32,000 nucleotides of DNA, taken from assembly GCF_018398935.1 (NCBI RefSeq), contig NZ_CP074694.1, positions 1,020,001 to 1,052,000 of the forward strand, read 5' to 3'. Below are positions 18,077 through 26,890 of this stretch, piece by piece. A program made the position numbers and the translations under genes. A model generated the notes under the pieces. That model did no database searches. It saw only the letters and a list, made by a program, of their open reading frames with translations, and had not been told where the DNA came from. Position 1 is the first letter of the stretch. Each line of letters opens with the position of its first letter. Source of the DNA: Telmatocola sphagniphila. Its GTDB lineage: Bacteria; Planctomycetota; Planctomycetia; Gemmatales; Gemmataceae.

Positions 18077-19060
18077 ATGGCTCGGCATCTGTTAATTCTG
18101 AGTTGGCTTTGCCTGTTTAGCGTTGCGGTACTGCGAGCGGAAGAGAACAAAGCGTCTCACTTTCCGCCTCTGCCGGCAGCGGTTTCCAGCTTTGGAGCGA
18201 TCGCTTGCGAGGGCTATGTTTACATCTACGGCGGGCATGTCGGCAAATCGCATTCGTACGATACGACGAGCGTATTGAATACGCTTCACCGCTGCGCTTT
18301 AGAAGGCGGGAAAGAATGGGAAGTCCTGCCCGCGGGCGAACACCTCCAGGGAACCAATCTGGCAAGCTACAAAGGCAAGATTTATCTGGTGGGCGGCATG
18401 CAGCCGCGCAACGCCGTTGGTGCTAAAGCGGATCTACATTCCGTGGCCGATTGTTCCTGCTATGACCCGGCCAAGAAGGTGTGGGAAAAACTAGCCCCGC
18501 TCCCGGCCGGTCGATCCTCGCACGAAGTAGTAGTAGCGGGCGATAAACTCGTCGTTGTGGGCGGCTGGCAAATGCGCGGGCTTAAGGAGAGTACAATCTG
18601 GGCGAAGACGGCTCTGACACTCGATCTTTCGAAGCCCAATGCCAAGTGGGAGAGTACCCCCCAGCCTTTCGAACGACGGGCCATGACTCTGGCCGCCATC
18701 GGCGACAAAGTTTACGCGATCGCCGGGCTGAATGGCGAAGGGGAGAGCGAGAGAACTGTGGATATTCTGGATTGCAGTACGGGAAAATGGTCGAAAGGGC
18801 CGGATATACCCGGGGACGACAAAGCGGGTTTTTCTCCTGCCGCTTGCACTTTGAACGACCGAATTATCCTGAATACTTCCGCAGGTCCGGTTTTTCGACT
18901 CTCGGCAAAAGGCGACGCCTGGGAAAAGGTCGGAGAAGTGAAAATCAAACGGATTGTGCATCGGCTGGTGCCGGTGGGAAAAGAGACAGTGCTGGTGCTC
19001 GGGGGAGCGGGCTCGGAGGGGAACGTAACTGAAGTCGAGACAGTCAAAATTCCTCAGTGA
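18077..19060 (+). CDS. secreted Kelch-repeat protein
   Basis: Signal peptide MARHLLILSWLCLFSVAVLRAEE. Repeated Kelch strands YVYIYGGH, KIYLVGGM, KLVVVGGW, KVYAIAGL. GGAGAG lies upstream of the ATG. Confidence 0.75.
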   Translation: MARHLLILSWLCLFSVAVLRAEENKASHFPPLPAAVSSFGAIACEGYVYIYGGHVGKSHSYDTTSVLNTLHRCALEGGKEWEVLPAGEHLQGTNLASYKGKIYLVGGMQPRNAVGAKADLHSVADCSCYDPAKKVWEKLAPLPAGRSSHEVVVAGDKLVVVGGWQMRGLKESTIWAKTALTLDLSKPNAKWESTPQPFERRAMTLAAIGDKVYAIAGLNGEGESERTVDILDCSTGKWSKGPDIPGDDKAGFSPAACTLNDRIILNTSAGPVFRLSAKGDAWEKVGEVKIKRIVHRLVPVGKETVLVLGGAGSEGNVTEVETVKIPQ

Positions 19061-19125
19061 ATGTCAACCGAGCTTGTGAGCTGCCGGATTTGGTCCGGAA
19101 TTGCTCCGATTTCAAGGATTTGCGC

Positions 19126-19482
19126 TCAGTTATGGGAGAACTGCGCGATCACGGAAAAATCGGAATAGCTCAGGGAATGCTTGAAGGCAGCTCCGATGCA
19201 GTAAGTGCCGTCCAGAAGTGCCACGCACCAGGAAACTGATGCGATGACCTTCATCGCTTTCGACTGCTGCGGCATCATGAACTCTAATTCGATATCCTGA
19301 TTTTTCTCGAGATCCGCCGAGATCACCAATCGAACTCCCGTCTCGGAGATGTCGAGAATCCCGACAGCCAAATTCTTCCCAATTCCCATAGTTCCCTTCA
19401 AACATTTGACGCGCAATCCAGGTTTTGCGCTCCGCCGACGCGCAAGACGATGGTTTTTGATGGGAAGTTGAACTTGGTTCAT
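19126..19482 (-). CDS. PilZ domain protein (putative c-di-GMP receptor)
   Basis: RRRSAKPGLR (RxxxR) and DISETGV (D-x-S-x-x-G). ATG at 19482 is preceded by AGGAGA. Confidence 0.65.
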   Translation of the reverse strand: MNQVQLPIKNHRLARRRSAKPGLRVKCLKGTMGIGKNLAVGILDISETGVRLVISADLEKNQDIELEFMMPQQSKAMKVIASVSWCVALLDGTYCIGAAFKHSLSYSDFSVIAQFSHN

Positions 19483-20200
19483 GGCAATTCTCCTGTTCAA
19501 ACCTAGTTCAGGGTGAATCGCGAAGCAAGCCACTGTTCAGTAACGGATGAGAAATCCTTCGGCAATCGAGGAATTTCAGATTTCTCGATTGGCCTGTAGG
19601 ACGCCCATCTAAGCGAGGTCTTTTTCGGTTAGAAGTTGAGTGGCTTTGCGTAGTCCCGAGCACTCGGAGCTTGCGAATTCTCGCAAAGGAAGTGAGTAGA
19701 GGGCCTAAAAAAATTGCGGCCGGATAAGAAGTCCGGAGAGAGCCCTAACGCGAATTCATTACGAAAGTAGCTGAGGTAGGAGCAGTTAAATCCAAAGCGC
19801 AGAAAAAAAACAATAAATGCCAAAAAAATATTTGCTTGTAAAGACTATCACTAAGAAAAGAGTTGTCGGTGTACTTTAAATATATTCCAGTTTATATAAG
19901 CCACGTTTTCAGAGCAGACCAGAGAGTTAAAAGCGGTACAATTTTAATGTTTCATAAATAAATATAAATCCTTATTGGACAATAACTTCGGTACTTATGC
20001 GGACTGCCCGAAAATGGCGATTTGTCTTGTTGTTTTTCCTTGTCCGGGTGGGCTATATTAAGTTTGAAGTTAACGAACTCTGTAATTTTCCCATCTGTAT
20101 AGATCGATTGAATTTCTTGAAATCATTCAAGTTATTGAGAAATGGGAAAGTGCAGGCGTTCGATACCTTTTTTCTCTACCCCATAGGAAAGGTGTACACG

Positions 20201-20557
20201 ATGAAGTTTCGTACTGATTTTCAGATTCGCTTCAAAGCGGGATCTTTGCCAACGGACGATCGACTCATCCCGGAAGATTTCTACAAGCTGGATCTCTTCA
20301 CTTGGACTGGGGATGCGGAGTTCAGCAAGCGGTTGACCATTCGGCTCTCTTCCCTGGAGGGCAATGAAGACGTCGACTCACAGAATCATGAAGTCGAGCT
20401 CAATCGAACGGAAGTCAAAGCACTCTACGAATGGCTGAGGTTCGTTCACGCCAATATGGCCGAGGACAGTAGTCTTAACTCGTCGGCGGATTGCAACTGT
20501 GATGAAGAAGACCTGATGAAATATTCCCCCGGGTTGCGGGTTTCGACTCAGATGTGA
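20201..20557 (+). CDS. acidic hypothetical protein, 118 aa
   Basis: ATG at 20201 is preceded by AGGAAAGG. The upstream part of the 186-aa ORF lies in ~25% GC DNA and looks non-coding. I recognise no family. Confidence 0.45.
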   Translation: MKFRTDFQIRFKAGSLPTDDRLIPEDFYKLDLFTWTGDAEFSKRLTIRLSSLEGNEDVDSQNHEVELNRTEVKALYEWLRFVHANMAEDSSLNSSADCNCDEEDLMKYSPGLRVSTQM

Positions 20558-20648
20558 GCTGAATTTAGCTTCTTCGTTCGAACGATTAGGGGCGGCGAAT
20601 TGCAGAAGACCACTTCTAGCCGCTCCAAATAAGATTCGAGTTCAAAAT

Positions 20649-20700
20649 CCAGCGAAAATCGCTCTCCCCGAGAGTTATTTCGCTGGAATCTGTTGGATTC
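20649..20700 (+). terminator. two consecutive hairpins downstream of the 118-aa ORF
   Basis: The first hairpin has a 9-bp stem CCAGCGAAA...TTTCGCTGG with an inner stem CTCTC-CCC-GAGAG. The second is GAATC-TGTTG-GATTC. There is no U-tract. Confidence 0.3.
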
Positions 20701-20926
20701 CTTTCAGAGTAATGAGGCTCGCTAATCTGTTTTCATTCCCAATTCAGGCCGAAGTTTATTTCCCCAGAAGAAATATAAGCATTTCGACTGATACTAATAT
20801 GATAAAAATTTCATTTGTGTATTTCTGAAAGCTCTGCTAACTTCGCATCACACGGAAGATTTCAAACTCTATCGACGCGGGCTCTCCGTGACTCATATCT
20901 ATCCCCTCGTCGATGCGGAGATCAAC

Positions 20927-21952
20927 ATGTCACTTGTTTCCAGGAGGCAACTCCGGGCTCGATCAGCTTTTACTCTGATCGAGTTGCTGGTAGTAATTGC
21001 CATTATTGCGATTTTGATCGGTTTATTACTGCCAGCGGTACAAAAAGTCCGGGCGGCCGCTGCTCGCATGTCCTGTTCCAACAACTTGAAGCAGTTGGGA
21101 CTGGCCCTGCACATGTTCCATGATACCAATGAGAAATTCCCTTTTGGATCCAACGATAACGGATCGGATTCAAGCGGAAACAAGATCGCGTATCTTCCCT
21201 GGGGCGTGATGATTCTGCCGTATATCGAACAGCAGAATCTCTATGCCAAATTCAACTACAATATTCCTTTCAATTCACCCCCGAATAACACCAATTCCCT
21301 CGATCCGACGCAGAATCCCGCCGCCAACAAAATCAAAACCTTTATGTGTCCCGCTTCCCCCAGTCAGGGCAACGTGTATCAGGACACCTGGGACAATAAC
21401 CCCAACGCTTACGGCCCCTATTCGGGACCTTCTTCCTGGACGGTTTCCGCCAGCGATTACATAGGAATTAGCGGCGTACTGGGATCCTTCGCCGGCACCT
21501 ATGTTCCCGGCGTGAATTTCGATCACAACGGCGTGCTCACCGACAATTTCCAGGTGAAAATGCTCGATATTTCGGATGGGACTTCCAACACCTGGCTGGT
21601 GGGGGAGCAGGCCGGCGCGCCTAATGTCTATGGGGCGGGCAACAAAATTATGGCTACCCCGCCGTACAATCCGGCCGCGACTTCGCTTTACATTTCCGGC
21701 AACGGCTGGGCCGATGAAAATAACGGGGACCAGTGGTTCGGCGGTTCCAGCTACGACGGTACAAATCCCATCGGGGGCGGGCCCTGCGTGATTAATTGCT
21801 CCAATATCGCGGGAATTTATTCCTTCCACGATGTGGGGGCGAACGTGCTCTATGCCGATGGACACGTTCAGTTCGTGAAAGCCTCTCTCGACCCGAGAAC
21901 CGCAATTCTGCTGATTTCATTTCGGGACGGCCAGGTCCTGCCCGATTATTGA
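20927..21952 (+). CDS. DUF1559 protein with prepilin-type N-terminal cleavage/methylation domain
   Basis: AFTLIELLVVIAIIAILIGLLLPAVQKVRAAAARMSCSNNLKQLGLALH at the N-terminus. The C-terminal VLYADGHVQFV matches the H-X9-DG style ending. ATG at 20927. Confidence 0.9.
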   Translation: MSLVSRRQLRARSAFTLIELLVVIAIIAILIGLLLPAVQKVRAAAARMSCSNNLKQLGLALHMFHDTNEKFPFGSNDNGSDSSGNKIAYLPWGVMILPYIEQQNLYAKFNYNIPFNSPPNNTNSLDPTQNPAANKIKTFMCPASPSQGNVYQDTWDNNPNAYGPYSGPSSWTVSASDYIGISGVLGSFAGTYVPGVNFDHNGVLTDNFQVKMLDISDGTSNTWLVGEQAGAPNVYGAGNKIMATPPYNPAATSLYISGNGWADENNGDQWFGGSSYDGTNPIGGGPCVINCSNIAGIYSFHDVGANVLYADGHVQFVKASLDPRTAILLISFRDGQVLPDY

Positions 21953-21989
21953 GATCGATATCCCGGTCTTGGATTCTAACCTTATTGCT

Positions 21990-22022
21990 CACTCGGTACG
22001 AAATGCCGAGTGCGACCCTTTT
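21990..22022 (+). terminator. hairpin plus short T-run between the DUF1559 gene and the small-protein gene (attenuator or terminator-like)
   Basis: CACTCGG - 9-nt loop - CCGAGTG, followed by CGACCCTTTT. Confidence 0.35.
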
Positions 22023-22038
22023 CACAGAGAGAGGTTTG

Positions 22039-22482
22039 ATGAAGTATTTCTGGGTTGCAATCTTGAGCTTCGCCTGCATTTCCTGTTCGGGCGATCCTTA
22101 TAATGGCCATCCTCCTCAGCCGGTATCGGGGCAGGTTCTCATCAACGGAGAACCGGCCAAGGGAGCGAGTATCATTTTCCATCACGAAGGGGATTGGGGG
22201 ACTCGATCCATCGTTCCGCAGGCGACTTGCGATCAGGAGGGAAAATTTGTGATGTCCACTTACTCGCAAAATGACGGAGCCCCGGAAGGGGAGTATAAAA
22301 TTGCTCTTTCCTGGCCGGCCTACAGGACGAAAAAAGCTTCACCCGATAAACTCAATGGAAAGTTCTCCGATCCGAAAACTTCCGGATTGAAGGTGACGAT
22401 TCACCCAGGCAAAAACGAACTTGCCCCCATCGAAATTAAAGCCCGCGTTTTGGATATCAAACTCGACACGAAACACAAATGA
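22039..22482 (+). CDS. small exported protein with carboxypeptidase-regulatory-like beta-sandwich domain (the usual DUF1559 partner)
   Basis: MKYFWVAILSFACISCSG is a signal peptide with a Cys-containing, non-canonical lipobox-like end. This is followed by VSGQVLINGEPAKGASIIF...EGKFVMS...EGEYKIAL. Confidence 0.65.
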   Translation: MKYFWVAILSFACISCSGDPYNGHPPQPVSGQVLINGEPAKGASIIFHHEGDWGTRSIVPQATCDQEGKFVMSTYSQNDGAPEGEYKIALSWPAYRTKKASPDKLNGKFSDPKTSGLKVTIHPGKNELAPIEIKARVLDIKLDTKHK

Positions 22483-23774
22483 ACGGGACAACAGCCCATG
22501 AGGGATCCGGGGCACAAAACGGCTCGAACGCGAGCCGTTTTCCCGATTCCCAGAAGCAACGGCTGAACTCCCTGGATCAATTCCGCGGATTTGTCGTCCT
22601 CGGAATGGTTTTCGTCAATTTTATCGGCGATTTCGACTGGGTTCAGCAACGAGCCCCCGTCCTGCGTCACAATAACACCTATTTCAGCTTCGCCGATACG
22701 ATCATGCCGGCGTTTCACTTCGCCGTCGGATTTTCGCTGCGACTGAGCTTTCTCCGGCTGTTGAACCAGGTGGGAACTTCGCAAACTCTGCTGCGGTTTC
22801 TTCGAAGAATTCTCGGACTGGCGCTGATCGGAGTGGTGCTCGAGTTTTCGGCAAATAAATCGCTTTCGTGGGGGGAGTTGACCAGCAAAAACACACTCGA
22901 CATTCTGATGCCACTGCTGAAAAGCGGGTTTTGGAATACCCTGACGATTATCGCCGTCGCATCACTTTGGGTACTCCCGGTGGCAGGAGCCCGAGCCCGC
23001 TGGCGAATCTGCTATCTTTTTTTCGGCATGGCTCTTCACCTGGCTATTTGCCACGCGTTTTATTTCAATTTCCTGGTTGGACGCCCCAATATCTTGAGTG
23101 ATTCTCTCGGTTCGACTTCGATTCGCGGCTTGGATGGCGGTCCGTTGGGGTTCCTGGCGTGGGGTTCTTTGCAACTGGCCGGCACTCTGGTTTGCGACCT
23201 GATGGTCGGCCTTCGTCAGGGAACGGCGTTCATTGCCGTATTGCTCGCGGGCTTATTGTGCTCGGCGGTCGGTTATTTAATTTCTTGTCTTGCGATGCTC
23301 TATCCAGTCACTCAACCCCCCACTCAAAAGGAATCGGGTCTGGTCATTGCAACTTCCCCGGTAATTCTCCCCGCTATCGATTGGAAAAATATCGATTATA
23401 GACAACTGCGTGCTCTGCCCCCGTTCGTGCAGCCGGCGGCCGAGGAACAGCGCGAATACAATTATTGGCTAGTGAGCAAAAGAATCGTCAGTCTGCCCTT
23501 TCAATTCACCGCTCTCGGTTATAGTTTGCTGGTGTTCGCCGCCTTCCTCCTTTTGAGCGATGGGCTGAAGATTTCCCTGGGTCTTTTGCGAACTTTTGGT
23601 CAAAATCCGCTAGCCAGCTATCTCGCTCACGAGATTATTTCGAGAGCGGTAGCTTCCATCGCACCGAGCGATGCCCCTTTATATTGGGTGATCGGTAGTT
23701 TCGGCGTTTACTTTCTGCTGACCTATTCCTTCATCCGCCAATTGGAAAAGAAGAAGATTTTCCTTCGCATGTAG
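22479..23774 (+). CDS. polytopic membrane protein, DUF5009 / HGSNAT-like acyltransferase family (paralog 1)
   Basis: The ATGA overlap with the upstream stop suggests coupling. N-terminal SLDQFRGFVVLGMVFVNF and many hydrophobic segments. Confidence 0.65.
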   Translation: MNGTTAHEGSGAQNGSNASRFPDSQKQRLNSLDQFRGFVVLGMVFVNFIGDFDWVQQRAPVLRHNNTYFSFADTIMPAFHFAVGFSLRLSFLRLLNQVGTSQTLLRFLRRILGLALIGVVLEFSANKSLSWGELTSKNTLDILMPLLKSGFWNTLTIIAVASLWVLPVAGARARWRICYLFFGMALHLAICHAFYFNFLVGRPNILSDSLGSTSIRGLDGGPLGFLAWGSLQLAGTLVCDLMVGLRQGTAFIAVLLAGLLCSAVGYLISCLAMLYPVTQPPTQKESGLVIATSPVILPAIDWKNIDYRQLRALPPFVQPAAEEQREYNYWLVSKRIVSLPFQFTALGYSLLVFAAFLLLSDGLKISLGLLRTFGQNPLASYLAHEIISRAVASIAPSDAPLYWVIGSFGVYFLLTYSFIRQLEKKKIFLRM

Positions 23775-23817
23775 CGAAATCCCTCCGACTTTCAGACAGT
23801 ATCTCCGCGAGAACACC

Positions 23818-24966
23818 ATGGCTGAGAACGCATCGCAGTCGACGTCCAACCGCATTGCCAGTCTGGATCAATTTCGAGGCTACACCGTTCTGGGAATGTT
23901 TTTCGTGAACTTTATCGCCGGCTTTGTCGCCTTACCTGCTTTTTTTAAACACCACAACACCTATTGCAGCTACGCCGATACGATCATGCCCCAGTTCTTT
24001 TTCGCCGTCGGTTTTTCCTATCGGCTCACGCTCTTAAGGCGTCTGCAGACTGAAGGGGCCCGGGCGGCTTATGGCCATGTCGCTTGGCGCTGTCTCGGTC
24101 TGACCCTGTTAGGACTGGTGGTCTATCACGTGGGGGGGCACCGCGATACCTGGGCGAGGCTTCAAGAGATGACCTTACTCGAATTTCTCAACGAAGGATT
24201 ACGTCGGGAACCTTTTCAAACGCTGGTGCATATCGCGGTAACGTCCTTGTGGGTGATGCCAGTGATGGCCCGTTCTATTCAAATCCGAGTTCTTTTCGCC
24301 CTGGCTTCTGGAATGGCTCACCTGGGACTTTCCCACTGGTTTTACTACGATTTTGTCAACTCTGACCCGCATGGAATCGATGGCGGTCCGCTCGGTTTTC
24401 TTACCTGGACCATCCCATTGTTGGCTGGGTCCATTTGCCACGATATTGTGAACTCGTCCCCGCGCGGTCGGGCAACTGCTCTTTGCATTTTGCTGGGAAT
24501 AGTCGTAATGGCCGTCGGTTACGGCGTTTCCAGTTTGGGCAAGATCAACGCAGCCCTCAGCAATCATTCCGGGAACTGGCAGGATTACCTCGCGGGACCG
24601 CCGTTCGTGCATCCCCCCGTGGATCAGAATGGAAAGCGGATCGAGCCCAGCGACCTTTGGACGATGAGTCAGCGCTCCGGGAGTTTGTCATATCTCACAT
24701 TTGCGGCCGGTTGTTCCTTTCTCGTCTATGGCGTTTTCGTTCTGCTTTCGGATTACGCGGGACTCCAGTTCGGTTTGTTCCGCACGCTAGGCAGCAATGC
24801 CCTGGCGGCCTACATCCTCTCGTCGATGGTGGCCGAACCGATCAAAAAATACGCCCCGAAGGATTCTCCCCTCTGGTATGCCTTGGCGTCGTTCGGTTTG
24901 CACCTGGCCATCTTGTATATTTTCCTGAGGTATCTGGAAAAGAAGAGATTGTTCCTGAAACTCTGA
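23818..24966 (+). CDS. polytopic membrane protein, DUF5009 / HGSNAT-like acyltransferase family (paralog 2)
   Basis: SLDQFRGYTVLGMFFVNF...HNTYCSYADTIMPQFFFAVGFSYRL is clearly alignable to paralog 1. The C-terminal ends are also shared (LEKKRLFLKL vs LEKKKIFLRM). Confidence 0.65.
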   Translation: MAENASQSTSNRIASLDQFRGYTVLGMFFVNFIAGFVALPAFFKHHNTYCSYADTIMPQFFFAVGFSYRLTLLRRLQTEGARAAYGHVAWRCLGLTLLGLVVYHVGGHRDTWARLQEMTLLEFLNEGLRREPFQTLVHIAVTSLWVMPVMARSIQIRVLFALASGMAHLGLSHWFYYDFVNSDPHGIDGGPLGFLTWTIPLLAGSICHDIVNSSPRGRATALCILLGIVVMAVGYGVSSLGKINAALSNHSGNWQDYLAGPPFVHPPVDQNGKRIEPSDLWTMSQRSGSLSYLTFAAGCSFLVYGVFVLLSDYAGLQFGLFRTLGSNALAAYILSSMVAEPIKKYAPKDSPLWYALASFGLHLAILYIFLRYLEKKRLFLKL

Positions 24967-25300
24967 CGGGGGAAAAATCCGAACTTCGAGGGACTTCGCA
25001 GGAATTCCCGACACATCGTATTCATTTCTCGCCTCAGGGACTCGGACTTTGCCGCTGGATCGAACTTTCGTTCGTCTAAATTCCCTGTCGCATCTCGGTT
25101 TCGAATCGAATAAGATATATTTTGAAATTGGTCGAATCCGGCCCGTTCGAATAGACAGTGCACGGTTTTAGGAGTGTATCGAACGGCAGAGTTGACCGGC
25201 AGTTGACCCCCTCTCCTTGAACCTGATTCGTACGCAGCCACCGCAACGCTCCCCCATAGCTCGGAGCTTCAATCTCAATTTCTAAGGAGATGCAAGTAAG

Positions 25301-26617
25301 ATGACCGCGAGTGCTACAACTGCTCAAGCCCGTGAAAAAGATCCTTTTCTTCCCGCTCTGGGGCGAGCCGGCGATCTGATCGCTCCGCGTGCCCCGCAGA
25401 CCATTGAATCGGCGGCGCTGCCGGGCAACGAGCTGAGCGATCTTCTGATGCGGCTGGCCTATACCGTGCCCCGTTTCCACACGGCCTGGGTGAGCAAACA
25501 ACTCCATCTCTCGCCGGCCCTTACGGATGAATTACTCTCGAAAGTCGCCAACGACGGCTTGATTGAAACCCTCTGGCAGACTTCGGAAACCAGTTCGCAC
25601 TACAAAATTTCTGAAATGGGTCGCGAGCACGCCAAGCGTCTGATGGACGTGTGCGGCTACATCGGCCCCGCCCCCGTCAGCCTGGAAGCCTATTCGGCAA
25701 TGCTCCGCTGGCAGTTCGCCAATACTCCCGCGGTGGTTCCGGATACCGTGGCCAAAGCCCTTTCCAACATGGTGCTCTCTCCCAAGGCGGCGCAGTTGGC
25801 CGGTCTGGGGGTCTCCTCCGGGCGCAGTCTGTTCATCTACGGTCCTCCCGGTAATGGCAAAAGTAGTCTGGGGCGATTCATTCACTCCGCGCTGCCGGGC
25901 GATTACTGGATTCCCCATGCCATCAGTGTCGGCGAAACCATCATTCGCCTCTACGACCCCCAGCTTCACCAGAAAATTGAAGGGTTCGACAAGATCGACG
26001 GGATTGATCAGCGCTGGATTCGAATCCGCCGTCCGATGGTTATCGTCGGGGGCGAATTGACGCTGGATCTGCTGGATTTGGTCTACATTCCTTCGATGAA
26101 GTTCTATGAAGCGCCGCCTCACTTGAAGGCCAATGGCGGGGTCTTCCTGGTGGACGACTTCGGTCGCGAACGCATTTCACCGGAGCAGTTGCTGAATCGG
26201 TTCATCACGCCGATGGAGCATCAGATCGACTACTTCACGCTTCGCACCGGTCAGAAATTGCAGATGCCCTTACGCCATATTCTGATCATCGCAACTAACC
26301 TGACGCTGGAAGACGTGACCGATCCGGCATTTTTACGCCGTATGGGGTATCGAATTTATCTCGGGGCACCTACCGAGGAAGACTACGCCAAGATTTTCAA
26401 ATCGTACGCGGCGAAGCAGGGCGTGGAAGTCGGGAGTGAGGTCACGGATCGATTGCTGGCGAAATACCGAGAGAAGAAAAAGGAACTGCGGGCGTGCGAG
26501 CCGCGCGACCTGATCGAGCGCTCGCGGGACGTCTGCCGGTTTCACGGGAAGCCTCTGGAACTGACTCCGGACGTGCTGGATCTGGCCTGGAGCGGTTACT
26601 TCGGGGAAGTGTCGTAG
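25301..26617 (+). CDS. AAA+ ATPase (ComM/Mg-chelatase/MoxR-like core) with N-terminal winged-helix-like region
   Basis: Walker A GPPGNGKS, Walker B-like GVFLVDDFGRE, LIIATN and DPAFLRRMGYRI. AAGGAG lies upstream of the ATG. Confidence 0.75.
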   Translation: MTASATTAQAREKDPFLPALGRAGDLIAPRAPQTIESAALPGNELSDLLMRLAYTVPRFHTAWVSKQLHLSPALTDELLSKVANDGLIETLWQTSETSSHYKISEMGREHAKRLMDVCGYIGPAPVSLEAYSAMLRWQFANTPAVVPDTVAKALSNMVLSPKAAQLAGLGVSSGRSLFIYGPPGNGKSSLGRFIHSALPGDYWIPHAISVGETIIRLYDPQLHQKIEGFDKIDGIDQRWIRIRRPMVIVGGELTLDLLDLVYIPSMKFYEAPPHLKANGGVFLVDDFGRERISPEQLLNRFITPMEHQIDYFTLRTGQKLQMPLRHILIIATNLTLEDVTDPAFLRRMGYRIYLGAPTEEDYAKIFKSYAAKQGVEVGSEVTDRLLAKYREKKKELRACEPRDLIERSRDVCRFHGKPLELTPDVLDLAWSGYFGEVS

Positions 26618-26619
26618 TT

Positions 26620-26836
26620 TGCTGAAAGTCGGTCGTTGATTCAAGCTGCAGTGTGGCTCTGGCAACTCTTACCAGTCTGCGTAACTCGTTGCCGGATATT
26701 AATTTGGATGACACTGGCTACCTGCCAGTGCCAGGAAGAAATAGCCTGAAATCCCCGTCCGAAATCCCTTACAAGGCATGTGCAAGCAAAGGTAAATTGT
26801 CCTTATTGAAGAGGTACAGCTTTTGCGAATAGACAT
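26620..26836 (-). repeat. decayed copy (A) of the ~200-bp segment carrying the 66-codon ORF at 27638-27838
   Basis: It starts with the same ATGTCT. It shares long near-identical blocks with copy B, but has an 18-nt insertion, several frame-breaking indels and an in-frame TAA. Confidence 0.35.
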
Positions 26837-26890
26837 GGGAAATTGGCAGTACCATTCCTCCATGAGATATTCCGTGCTAGATGGATTCAA

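Noticed and set aside
19715-19746. SRP (4.5S) RNA-like GUCCGGA...AGCCC stretch
   Set aside because: The hairpin loop is UAAGAAG rather than the conserved GGAA tetraloop context. The flanking symmetric-loop motifs are absent.
19629-19823. 64-aa minus-strand ORF in the AT-rich intergenic region
   Set aside because: It has a TTG start, no RBS and a Phe/Leu-rich composition driven by AT richness. There is no support for it.
24810-25241. 143-aa minus-strand ORF spanning the end of the second DUF5009-like gene and the intergenic region
   Set aside because: It overlaps a supported CDS in antisense. I recognise no motifs and see no RBS.
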